A stretch of 64,000 nt of DNA from IMG/VR virus record IMGVR_UViG_2731957960_000004, positions 822-64,821 of that record, one strand, 5' to 3'. Positions 1 through 8,119 of this stretch are shown here, piece by piece; within the stretch, counting starts at the first letter, position 1; each line of letters starts with the position of its first letter. Position numbers and translations under genes: made by a program. The stretch is from a virus (Duplodnaviria > Caudoviricetes). Under the pieces are notes generated by a model, which saw only the letters and a program-made list of their open reading frames with translations, searched no databases and was not told where the DNA came from.

Positions 1-1
1 C

Positions 2-535
2 TTGAGTCCCGGCAAGCTGGCCGGGTTGAACGAAGAGGCCCGCGACATCGTCTTCATTTCGATTGAGACCGGCGCGCGGCCAATCGAGTTGCGCTATCTG
101 CGGGCCGACAAGATCAAGCTTCGGGACAAGGTTCCGCACATCATCGTCGAGCCGTCGTTTGATGCAGACGAGCCGTATGAGGTTAAGACCGTGTCATCGG
201 TGCGAAGGATTCCATTGGTAGGCGTGGCGCTCGCCGCGATGAAGAAGCATCCAGACGGATTCCCTCGCTACAGGGAAGACGGAAATTCGCTATCGGCGAC
301 CGTGAACAAATTCTTGCGCGAGAACAACCTGTCGCCGACCAAGAAGGAAACTCTCTATAGCTTCCGGCACACCTTCGAGGACCGCATGAAGGAGGGCAGG
401 ATCGACGACGAACTGCGCAAGATTCTGATGGGGCACGCGATTGATCGCGAGATGTACGGCTCGGGCGGATCGCTCAAGCTGTATCGGGACGAATTGCTGA
501 AGATCGTTTATCCGTTCGACAAGTCTATCGTCTGA
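2..535 (+). CDS. int: Tyrosine recombinase/integrase, C-terminal catalytic part (truncated by window edge)
   Basis: Motifs ETGARPIE (R), VKT (K), YSFRHTF, LMGH and MYG (catalytic Y). Confidence 0.9.
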   Translation: MSPGKLAGLNEEARDIVFISIETGARPIELRYLRADKIKLRDKVPHIIVEPSFDADEPYEVKTVSSVRRIPLVGVALAAMKKHPDGFPRYREDGNSLSATVNKFLRENNLSPTKKETLYSFRHTFEDRMKEGRIDDELRKILMGHAIDREMYGSGGSLKLYRDELLKIVYPFDKSIV

Positions 536-731
536 TGCGCTGGCGGGCGCGTTCGAGCGTGTTGTCGTTGGCGCGTATCAGTTTAAGCTCGGACTCGAGT
601 CGCTCATAGATCGGAAGATACGCTGCGCCCTTGTCCCCGGCGCGGTCGATTGCGAGCGCGACGCGGTCAAGGCACTTTTCAAGAAGGTCGGTGGTGATCT
701 TGACCGGCTTGTTGTCGTTCGCAGCCTTCAT
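525..731 (-). CDS. Hypothetical phage protein (possible excisionase position)
   Basis: Last gene of the coupled leftward operon, convergent with int; contains AANDN and ANDN motifs. Confidence 0.6.
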   Translation of the reverse strand: MKAANDNKPVKITTDLLEKCLDRVALAIDRAGDKGAAYLPIYERLESELKLIRANDNTLERARQRIRR

Positions 732-955
732 GGCTTCGACTCCGCGATCTTACTCATATCGAAGTCTCTGATCCGGTATTGATCGAGCGCCATGTCACGC
801 AGCGCATCGCACAGATCGGTGTCAGACCCGAATGCCTTCGCGCGCTCGATTAGTCCAACGACGCGAAGGCCGCGCTCGATCTCGACGGCGCGATGCAGAC
901 CGCATTCGAGTTTGTCACGTATGCGCTTGACGAGTTCCATTCGAGCTTCAGTCAT
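728..955 (-). CDS. Hypothetical phage protein
   Basis: 4-nt overlaps with both neighbours. Confidence 0.6.
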   Translation of the reverse strand: MTEARMELVKRIRDKLECGLHRAVEIERGLRVVGLIERAKAFGSDTDLCDALRDMALDQYRIRDFDMSKIAESKP

Positions 956-1464
956 GACACGGTGATCTCAAGATTGGTCGGCGCGCATCGGAACGCGGCC
1001 GGGCTCCGGGGCTGATCAATGATCGCCATGACTTCGGGACTTGTGTCGCCGGTCGAGACCGCAGCCAGGGCGACGAACTCATTCGACACGGCGCGACTGT
1101 CGCCGGGCTCATTCGCAGCGAGCATGTCAACGGCGAGCACCAACGCGCGCTTCAGAGCGTCGGCATCGTCGAGCAACTTGCCGATGTCGCGACCGTTCGC
1201 CATGTGGAAGAAGCCGCGCTCTTCAAGTGCGTCGCGGATCGCGTTGAGCACGTTGCGCTCTTCGAGTAGGTTGCGCAGCCGACCGCATGCATCGGTCTGA
1301 TGCTCGGCACCCAGCGCCTTCCAGAAGTGATCCAGCGCCACGCGCAGGATGTACTCCCCGGTGCCCATCGGCTTCTGCAACATCGTGACTAAGTCTTCGA
1401 GATACGCGATGCGCGCAAGCGCGGCCTGATGCTCGATCATCAGCTTGTCGTGCTTCTTACCCAT
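952..1464 (-). CDS. Hypothetical phage protein
   Basis: 170-aa ORF in a coupled operon, SD-like GAAGG upstream. Confidence 0.65.
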   Translation of the reverse strand: MGKKHDKLMIEHQAALARIAYLEDLVTMLQKPMGTGEYILRVALDHFWKALGAEHQTDACGRLRNLLEERNVLNAIRDALEERGFFHMANGRDIGKLLDDADALKRALVLAVDMLAANEPGDSRAVSNEFVALAAVSTGDTSPEVMAIIDQPRSPAAFRCAPTNLEITVS

Positions 1465-1516
1465 TGGTTGCTACCTTCTTGATGGTGCTAGTCTCAACGC
1501 CACTGCGGCGGTGATT

Positions 1517-2662
1517 TCATGCAGCGAGCATCAGCCGAACAAGCTGTGCTGCACTGGCGGATCGTCGGGAAAGTCGAGTTGCAAGAGTGCGGAACGCATA
1601 CGCTGCTTCCAACGGGACAACGCCGTTGCCGAGCATGCGGAGTCTCTCAATGCGAGCGGCGTGAGGGCCAGACAGGTCCACCCGTGCGGCCAACCCATCA
1701 GCCATTCGACAAACTGCGGGTTCAAGGTGCGGCGCAACTTCGAGGGCGTGTCGCCATCCTGCGAGGTCAGATGGTCCTGGAGCGAAGATGCCAAGTCCAT
1801 CGTGATATTGTAGCTGCGTGAGTTGCCCGGCTGGTGACTGTCGCTGAAGCTCAGCGAGGTCGGCGTCGGCCACTGCTGCGGTTGATTGTCGTTCACCGCG
1901 CTCGGGTTGCCCGACCAACGACGAACCTGATTCTCCAAACCGATCTGCCGCTTCGTGCCGTCCGCCTGCGTCCCGGTCAGGCTGGTGTTGTCGTTCAACG
2001 CTCGACCGCCGTTCGGAACGCTGGGCGTGTACCAAAGGTGCTCGACGAAGTTCGGAAGCTGATCCAGATGAAGCCGGCCCGTGCCGTTCTCCATGTGCGA
2101 TTCCCCATTCACGCCCTTCCAATCCCGCGCCGCCGGCGTCGGCCACACAGAGGACGAAGCATCGCTCGCGACGGTGACTCGCGCCAACTTCTGACGCCGT
2201 AAAAAGTCCGACCTCAATTGAGTAACCAAGGCGGCGAACATCTCGCCAGACTCGTGCCAACCCGCCGGACGTGACGAACCCGCCGACGTTCTCGATGAAG
2301 ACGAACGTCGGGCGCGATTGGACGATGATCCTGCGCGCTGGCGACCATAGGTCTCGTTCGTCGTCTTCGGCGAGACGGAGCCCTGCGACGGAATGAGGCT
2401 GGCACGGGATGCCGCCAATGAGTCCATCCACAAGGCCACGCCACGGCCTGCCGTTGAAGGTGGTGACATCGCTCCAAATAGGAGCCTCATGTAGTAGGCC
2501 CTGTTGCATCGCTGCGACCAAGTTCGCGACGGCGTGTGCTTCCCTCTCGACACACACGACGCTTCGAGCACTTGGCATTGCCAACTCGATTCCGAGATCG
2601 AGCCCGCCGCCGCCAGTGCAGAGGGAGATGACGTTGATTGGGGGACGTACAGCCACATTCAC
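1517..2662 (-). CDS. DNA (cytosine-5) methyltransferase, alpha chain (motifs I-VIII and X); likely start GTG 2662, ORF open to 2734
   Basis: SLCTGGGG (I), GGIPCQPHS (IV), FIENV (VI), SHRRERCF (VIII), RLRMLGNGVVP (X). Confidence 0.9.
   Translation of the reverse strand: MNVAVRPPINVISLCTGGGGLDLGIELAMPSARSVVCVEREAHAVANLVAAMQQGLLHEAPIWSDVTTFNGRPWRGLVDGLIGGIPCQPHSVAGLRLAEDDERDLWSPARRIIVQSRPTFVFIENVGGFVTSGGLARVWRDVRRLGYSIEVGLFTASEVGASHRRERCFVLCVADAGGAGLEGREWGIAHGERHGPASSGSASELRRAPLVHAQRSERRSSVERQHQPDRDAGGRHEAADRFGESGSSLVGQPERGERQSTAAVADADLAELQRQSPAGQLTQLQYHDGLGIFAPGPSDLAGWRHALEVAPHLEPAVCRMADGLAARVDLSGPHAARIERLRMLGNGVVPLEAAYAFRTLATRLSRRSASAAQLVRLMLAA
1531..2658 (-). CDS. Alternative-frame partner (beta chain) of the C5 methyltransferase, carrying TRD-like WPTP segments and motif IX
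   Basis: 375-aa ORF nested on the same strand; WPTPAARDWKG, WYTP, WPTPTS, LNPQFVEWLMGWPHGWT; ends QHSLFG. Confidence 0.75.
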   Translation of the reverse strand: MWLYVPQSTSSPSALAAAGSISESSWQCQVLEASCVSRGKHTPSRTWSQRCNRAYYMRLLFGAMSPPSTAGRGVALWMDSLAASRASLIPSQGSVSPKTTNETYGRQRAGSSSNRARRSSSSRTSAGSSRPAGWHESGEMFAALVTQLRSDFLRRQKLARVTVASDASSSVWPTPAARDWKGVNGESHMENGTGRLHLDQLPNFVEHLWYTPSVPNGGRALNDNTSLTGTQADGTKRQIGLENQVRRWSGNPSAVNDNQPQQWPTPTSLSFSDSHQPGNSRSYNITMDLASSLQDHLTSQDGDTPSKLRRTLNPQFVEWLMGWPHGWTCLALTPLALRDSACSATALSRWKQRMRSALLQLDFPDDPPVQHSLFG

Positions 2663-2723
2663 ACTGCCGCCTGCGTCGCCGCCAGGGCAGTTTGGTTCAT
2701 CCAGAACTCGACCCGGTTCGGCA

Positions 2724-2939
2724 TCAGTTGACATCCCGAACGGTCTCGAAGGTACGGCGGACGCCGCGAACGCCAGCGATCACGGCATCGAGCCGCATGC
2801 CGATCTCGAAGCAACGGAAGCGGGCATCGAGCAGCGCGAACGTGACCGAGTCGACTTCCGGCTTCGCATTGCGAGCTACCGCAGCGACGATCATCTGCTT
2901 AGTGGTTGCATCCTCAGTGCGCGACATTGGTTGGGACAT
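2724..2939 (-). CDS. Hypothetical phage protein
   Basis: ORF within coupled operon. Confidence 0.5.
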   Translation of the reverse strand: MSQPMSRTEDATTKQMIVAAVARNAKPEVDSVTFALLDARFRCFEIGMRLDAVIAGVRGVRRTFETVRDVN

Positions 2940-3408
2940 CCTGCAAAAGAGCGTGTTGGTCGGGATGGATTATCGGCCGCTGCTTGCGCTGGGCCTTGAA
3001 GCGAACCGGCCGCATGGCAGTCGGGTCGCGCAGGAACGGGAAGCGTTCGTGGATGCCGGTCACGATCTCGACCAACGCCAACGTGGCCTGCGGCATCGTG
3101 AGACCGAGCTTGGCCGCGATGGGCTCAAGCTCGGCCCGCACTTCGTCGGGCAATGTCTTGGCGCGCGGCACCGCGACGAAATCCCATCCAAGGAAGCCGA
3201 GCACGGCTTCGAGGGACTCGAGGCCCGGCCGGTTCTTGCGCCGCCACGCCTTGATGGAAGCGCGGCGAACGCCAGAACCTTCTTCGGTCTCGTCATAAGT
3301 GACGTGAAGTCTCGCCATCTCAGCGAAGACGAGCTTCACATGCGGGCCGACGCGCTCTGGCATCGTCACCGTGCGCCGAGCAACGCGATCTCGGCGGCGG
3401 CTATTCAT
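2914..3408 (-). CDS. Putative XRE-like HTH DNA-binding protein
   Basis: TEEGSGVRRASIKAWRRKNRPGLESLEAVLGFLG resembles an HTH. Confidence 0.55.
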   Translation of the reverse strand: MNSRRRDRVARRTVTMPERVGPHVKLVFAEMARLHVTYDETEEGSGVRRASIKAWRRKNRPGLESLEAVLGFLGWDFVAVPRAKTLPDEVRAELEPIAAKLGLTMPQATLALVEIVTGIHERFPFLRDPTAMRPVRFKAQRKQRPIIHPDQHALLQDVPTNVAH

Positions 3409-4567
3409 GCTTCGGACCTTCAGCGAGTTCGGTGGTGATGTTCATCATGCCGATGACGCCGATCAGATCGGGCTCGCCCTCGGCGAGGAACATGACGCGG
3501 CGATGATGCGCGTCGGGATGCATGACGATGATCTCGGTCTTGAACGAGTTGAGCATCGTCTTCATGAACTGGCCGTTGATGCCGAAGGCAGGGACTTCGC
3601 CCTCGATCTCGGCTGCGACCACGTCCACACCGCCGCCGGTCTGGCTACCAACCGCCACCACGAAGCCTTCGTCCGAACCGGCGCACTGCAAGCGGTGGCC
3701 CAATTCCTTCGAGGCGAACGGTTCGAGCGGCGAGACGGTGCTGATGCACGACACGCGGTCAACGAGCACGCTGTTCTCGGACGGATTGCTAACCAGCGGC
3801 CCGTAGTTCGGATAGGTGCCGACCAACATCGCCGAAGAGAATCGAATGTCGTCGGTGGTGAAGAGGATCGTGCTGCTATCAACCTCGATGTTGACCACGT
3901 CGGCAGCACGGAAGAGTCGCAGCACGGCGTTGACGGTCTCCGAAGAGAGGATGACACCGGCCGGCTGCCCTTCACGATGCGGCATGTTCTCGGCGCCCTC
4001 GGGCAAGCCAACCGTCGCCAAGATCAGGATCATGCCGGTGGTGCCAACGGCGGCGAGCACCGGACGACCATCATCTTCGCGCACATGCAGGAAGACGCCA
4101 GCCATCGGGGAGTTCGGCACGTTCGACAAGGCTTGCGACGTGTGACCGAAGAGCCGGACAAGATCAGCGCCGCTCAACTGGAACTGCGCGCCGCTGACTT
4201 TCGACTCGCGAGCAGGCCAGTCTTCGGCGGCGAGCGTCGGGAACGTCACGCGCGAGCGACCCGCCTTCACGATCAGGTCGCGCTTCGCGTCGTCATAGGT
4301 GAACGAGACCTCGACGCCCTTCGGCAGACGATCCACGGTCATCTTCAGCTTGGCAGCATCGACGGTGGTCGTGCCGCCGTGCTCCATCTCACATTCACCG
4401 GACGCCTCGACCATCATGTCGAAGTCGGTTGATGCGATGGACAGGACGCCGTCGCGCGCAATGATGCGGGCGTTGTTGGCGATCACTGACGGCGAGTTCT
4501 TCGGTGCGCTCGATACGCCGCGCGTTACGATATCAGCCAGACGGTCGCGATTGATCTTCAACTTCAC
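3401..4567 (-). CDS. dnaN: Phage-encoded DNA polymerase III beta sliding clamp homologue (start GTG 4567)
   Basis: ~388 aa; MKLKINRDRL, LSIASTDFD, FPTLAAEDWP, LVGTYPNY, FGINGQFM match DnaN patterns. Confidence 0.85.
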   Translation of the reverse strand: MKLKINRDRLADIVTRGVSSAPKNSPSVIANNARIIARDGVLSIASTDFDMMVEASGECEMEHGGTTTVDAAKLKMTVDRLPKGVEVSFTYDDAKRDLIVKAGRSRVTFPTLAAEDWPARESKVSGAQFQLSGADLVRLFGHTSQALSNVPNSPMAGVFLHVREDDGRPVLAAVGTTGMILILATVGLPEGAENMPHREGQPAGVILSSETVNAVLRLFRAADVVNIEVDSSTILFTTDDIRFSSAMLVGTYPNYGPLVSNPSENSVLVDRVSCISTVSPLEPFASKELGHRLQCAGSDEGFVVAVGSQTGGGVDVVAAEIEGEVPAFGINGQFMKTMLNSFKTEIIVMHPDAHHRRVMFLAEGEPDLIGVIGMMNITTELAEGPKHE

Positions 4568-4839
4568 AGAGGCACCCTTTTTGAGTCGAGATGATGAGAT
4601 GAACCGACATGCGCTTCGCATTCGGCGACGGTTGAGAACTTGGGATTGAGGTAGCGATGAAGGCGCTCGGTCGCGTCTTCGTACCGGCCCTGCCGGATCA
4701 GTGAGTCGATCTCTTCGGCGAACACGTTGCCGACCGATGCGAGCCAGCGACGCGCGACCATTGAATCGCCAGCGGACAACGCGGCATGCGCGCGAGCCAG
4801 GGCAGCGAGGTCTTGAGCTACGGCGTCCATCAGTTGCAC
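4564..4839 (-). CDS. Hypothetical phage protein
   Basis: GTGA overlap with clamp gene. Confidence 0.55.
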   Translation of the reverse strand: MQLMDAVAQDLAALARAHAALSAGDSMVARRWLASVGNVFAEEIDSLIRQGRYEDATERLHRYLNPKFSTVAECEAHVGSSHHLDSKRVPL

Positions 4840-5216
4840 TCGATGGATTCGTAGACGATCGTGGAAAGATACTTGGGGTTCGGCAGCGTCACCGGGCCGT
4901 CGATGGCGCGGAGCTTGAACGGACGCCCTTCGGCGACGGCACTATCGAGCGCCGCGTGCATGCCGTTCGACCATCCCCGATCCGTGTAGAAGACCGAGTA
5001 GTCGGCGACCTTGCGCCAAGCGAGACCGAGCGCGATGCCAAGCTCTCGCTCGTCCGGCTTCCCGTCGTTCAGTACCTGAGTGAGAAGAAGGTGCGATGCC
5101 TGCGCGCTCTCGCGGCGCAGGGCGCAGTCCTTAAGGGCGCGACGGGCATAAGCCACGTTCGCGATGATCTGCCCCGCGAAGGGCGATTCCAAAATAACGA
5201 GTTTGATGGGTTGCAT
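4830..5216 (-). CDS. Conserved phage protein, possible nucleoside 2-deoxyribosyltransferase-like fold
   Basis: VILESPFAG...YARRALKDC...ASHLL...GWSNGM pattern. Confidence 0.55.
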   Translation of the reverse strand: MQPIKLVILESPFAGQIIANVAYARRALKDCALRRESAQASHLLLTQVLNDGKPDERELGIALGLAWRKVADYSVFYTDRGWSNGMHAALDSAVAEGRPFKLRAIDGPVTLPNPKYLSTIVYESIECN

Positions 5217-5239
5217 GATCCGTTGCCTCTCCCGAGCAG

Positions 5240-5290
5240 CAACGGATCAATAACAGAACTATCCGTTATGTCAACGGATAGCAACGGATG
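5240..5290 (-). promoter_or_regulatory. Leftward early promoter with tandem ACGGAT operator repeats
   Basis: TTGACA on minus strand (5269-5274) overlapping CAACGGATAGCAACGGATG (5272-5290). Confidence 0.6.
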
Positions 5291-5296
5291 GAGCGG

Positions 5297-5980
5297 TCAA
5301 ACTAATTCACAGCTTCCCATGATGCGGTGCAAGGATTTCACGCTTGCGCGGGGCATCTCGACAACGACTTGATCGCTTAGGGATCGCACACTGATCTTGT
5401 CGGTCGAAATAGAGACCACTTCGCGTATAGCAACGCGGTTGTCGGATGCGCACACGATGGCGAAACCGCCGTGCCTCACTGGTACCCTTGGATTCACGAT
5501 CACCGCCTCGCCAGCCCGGTAGCGTGGGGACATCGTGTCATCGGGCACCGACACGAAATAAGCGTCGGGACCGCTCACGATAAAAGGACTCCGTTGAGTC
5601 TTGTTCGATTCGCTGAGCGAAAAGAAACCATCCGGGTCTGTAAGTCCTATTTGATACAGGGTGACGGTTTCCGGCACGGCCATGTTGTTATCGGCGCGTC
5701 CGCCAGAATCGCCAGAGCCTGCAACGCGCGGGGTTTCCTGCTCGCCGAAGAAGTAGCCAACGTCGGTATTTAAGACGGCCCCGAGCTTGGCGAGCGACTC
5801 GCGTGTCGGGTTCAACGATTTGTCGCCGAGCAGGTCGTTAACGTAGCTCAGTCCTAAACCTGCACGGCGCGACGCTTCATTGCGTGAGAGATTCGCGGCG
5901 GTGACGCGTTCTTCGACGCGCGTCTTTATGATCTCCAATTTCGGATGGGTCTTTTTGGCCTCCGCCTTCTTCGCAGCCAT
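5297..5980 (-). CDS. CI-like repressor (XRE HTH plus S24-like domain); start 5980 or 6013
   Basis: LSRNEASRRAGLGLSYVNDLL HTH; DDTMSPRYRAGEAVIVNP S24-like motif; divergent from early operon. Confidence 0.85.
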   Translation of the reverse strand: MAAKKAEAKKTHPKLEIIKTRVEERVTAANLSRNEASRRAGLGLSYVNDLLGDKSLNPTRESLAKLGAVLNTDVGYFFGEQETPRVAGSGDSGGRADNNMAVPETVTLYQIGLTDPDGFFSLSESNKTQRSPFIVSGPDAYFVSVPDDTMSPRYRAGEAVIVNPRVPVRHGGFAIVCASDNRVAIREVVSISTDKISVRSLSDQVVVEMPRASVKSLHRIMGSCELV

Positions 5981-6103
5981 AATCCTCTTTCCTGTCAATT
6001 CGCTCAACGCCATGTCCCCACCTTCATTAGTAGCGGACGCTCGCCGAACGGCAAATCCCTGTTTGGTTCCGGCTGACGGCATCTAGGTCTTGTGTCTTGA
6101 TTT

Positions 6104-6148
6104 CATCCGTCGCTATCCGTTGACAACCATGCAGCCGTCCGTTAGATA
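6104..6148 (+). promoter_or_regulatory. Rightward early sigma70 promoter with overlapping operator
   Basis: TTGACA (6120) N17 TAGATA (6143); CATCCGTCGCTATCCGTTG at 6104-6122. Confidence 0.7.
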
Positions 6149-6228
6149 AAGTTCAACGTGATCAACAATAGTTCTCATTGATTCGGCTTTAAACCGGAAC
6201 CCTGACGGATGTCAAGCGGTAGCGACGG

Positions 6229-6606
6229 ATGGATTTGTCGGGCGAAACGAACGAAGCACTGATCGGACGGATCGTCTCGCTCACGCAGACCATTAACGAT
6301 CTGCGGCAGTCTATGTCCCTTTCTGGGGCACTACCGCCGGATTGGCGGCTGACCCCGAAAGAGCGCGATCTGTTCCTTGCCCTGGTCCGCAACGAGATCG
6401 TCTCGAAGCAGATGGCCGTGGTCGTGCTGTACGGCACTCAGGATCGCGAGACGACGCATTCGGTGGACGTGTTCATGTCCCGCATCCGTCACAAGACCGA
6501 GAAGCACCGCATCAAGATCGAGACCATCAATCGAACCGGCTACCGGCTCGTTGATCGGCTCGTATGGGCAAAGACTTTGAAGCTCGACACGCCCGTCGAG
6601 CACTAA
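6229..6606 (+). CDS. OmpR/CtrA-type winged-helix DNA-binding protein without a receiver domain
   Basis: LTPKERDLFLAL...LYG...VDVFMSRIRHK...IETINRTGYRL. Confidence 0.8.
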   Translation: MDLSGETNEALIGRIVSLTQTINDLRQSMSLSGALPPDWRLTPKERDLFLALVRNEIVSKQMAVVVLYGTQDRETTHSVDVFMSRIRHKTEKHRIKIETINRTGYRLVDRLVWAKTLKLDTPVEH

Positions 6607-6618
6607 CCGGGGAGCCAC

Positions 6619-7398
6619 ATGGCAATCTCACTAAAGTCCATCAAGAAGAAGACTGCTGCCGAGTTGCAGCCGGTCTTCACCATTTACGGCGTGCCGAAGA
6701 TCGGCAAGTCGTCGCTGGCTGCGGAGTTCCCGCGTCCGGTGTTCATCCAGACCGCCGAAGGCGAAAGCGTTCCGGCCGGTGTTGAGGCCGAGACGCTGGA
6801 AGTTCGCAACTACGGCGAACTGTGCGAGGCCATCGGCGCGCTCGTCAACGAAGAGCATGACTTCGGCACGGCGGTTTTCGACTCGACGACGGGGCTCGAA
6901 AACCTGATCCGCGCGGAAGCCTGCGCACGCAACGGCTGGAAGACCCTCGAAGACCCCGGCTTCGGCAAGGGCTACAAGGTCGCCGCCTCGATCTTCCTCG
7001 AATACATCGACGGCATCATGACGCTGCGCCGTGAGAAGAACATGGCAATCGTGCAGCTTGGTCATTGCGACATCAACCGCTTCGACTCGCCGACGACCGA
7101 TCCGTACTCGCGCTATCGGATCAACCTGCACAAGGATGTTGCCGACATCATCGAAGCGAACAGCGACGTGATCGCCTTTCTCAACTTCAAGGCCACGATC
7201 AAGAAGGTTGAGGCTGGCTTCAACAAGGACATCCGCCACGCCGAAGGCGGTGGTTCGCGCTGGATGTATCTCGAAGAGCGTCCCGGCTTCATCGCTGGCA
7301 ACCGCTTCGGCATGCCTCATGAAATCCAATACCGGAAGGGCGAAGGCTACGCGGCGCTCGCCAAGTTTCTCCCGCCTGCGCCGGCTGTCGCCGCCTAA
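6619..7398 (+). CDS. Sak4-like AAA ATPase/recombinase
   Basis: Walker A YGVPKIGKS, VFDS, GFGKGY, AGNRFGMP. Confidence 0.85.
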   Translation: MAISLKSIKKKTAAELQPVFTIYGVPKIGKSSLAAEFPRPVFIQTAEGESVPAGVEAETLEVRNYGELCEAIGALVNEEHDFGTAVFDSTTGLENLIRAEACARNGWKTLEDPGFGKGYKVAASIFLEYIDGIMTLRREKNMAIVQLGHCDINRFDSPTTDPYSRYRINLHKDVADIIEANSDVIAFLNFKATIKKVEAGFNKDIRHAEGGGSRWMYLEERPGFIAGNRFGMPHEIQYRKGEGYAALAKFLPPAPAVAA

Positions 7399-7429
7399 TC
7401 ACCCGACCGAAACGCCATAGGAGAACATC

Positions 7430-8011
7430 GTGGCACAATTGAACGTAAACCTCGCCGACGTGAATGAGAACGATGCGGAAGGCGGTAATTTTACCGTCCT
7501 GCCGCGTGGTCGCTATATGCTTCAGATCATCGAAGGCGACGTGAAGGAAAACTCGAAGAAGACCGGCATGCTCTTCGACTACAAGGCCGAAGTCATCGAA
7601 GGCGACTGCCAGGGCGCCAAAATTTTCGGCAACATCAACGTCAGCCACTCGAACATGACCGCTCAGAAGATCGGTCAGGCTCAGTTGAAGGCGCTCGCTC
7701 TCGCGTGCGGCATGGACCCTTCCACGCTGAGCGACACCGAGCAGCTTAACTGGCAGCCGTTCCTCGCCGATGTCGATATCGAGCCCTACCAGAAGAACGG
7801 TCAGGACAAGGAACGGAACGTCATCAAGAAGTTCATCCACGCCGGCAACGCGGACTCGGTCCCGCCCGGCAAGGAAGCTGCGAACGACAACGTGACGAAG
7901 CCGACGACCACTGCGAACGACAACAAGCCGCAGACCACGACTGCGCGCCCGACGCAGAACAATGCCGCTACCGCTTCCGGCGGCGCTCGCTCGATGCCTT
8001 GGAAGAAGTAA
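7430..8011 (+). CDS. DUF669-like phage single-stranded DNA-binding protein
   Basis: FTVLPRGRY, ERNVIKKF, C-terminal PWKK; typical Sak4-SSB-nuclease synteny. Confidence 0.75.
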   Translation: MAQLNVNLADVNENDAEGGNFTVLPRGRYMLQIIEGDVKENSKKTGMLFDYKAEVIEGDCQGAKIFGNINVSHSNMTAQKIGQAQLKALALACGMDPSTLSDTEQLNWQPFLADVDIEPYQKNGQDKERNVIKKFIHAGNADSVPPGKEAANDNVTKPTTTANDNKPQTTTARPTQNNAATASGGARSMPWKK

Positions 8012-8028
8012 CGCCTTCGTCCTGATCT

Positions 8029-8057
8029 GACGCTGGGGCTTCGGCCCCGGCGTTTTG
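8029..8057 (+). terminator. Intrinsic terminator
   Basis: GACGCTGGGGC-TTCG-GCCCCGGCGTT hairpin followed by T run. Confidence 0.7.
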
Positions 8058-8119
8058 CCCCCTCCGAAATTTCAACCTGACCAACGTGCCCTTCGGCGCG
8101 AACGCTAGAGGCTTGCCTA

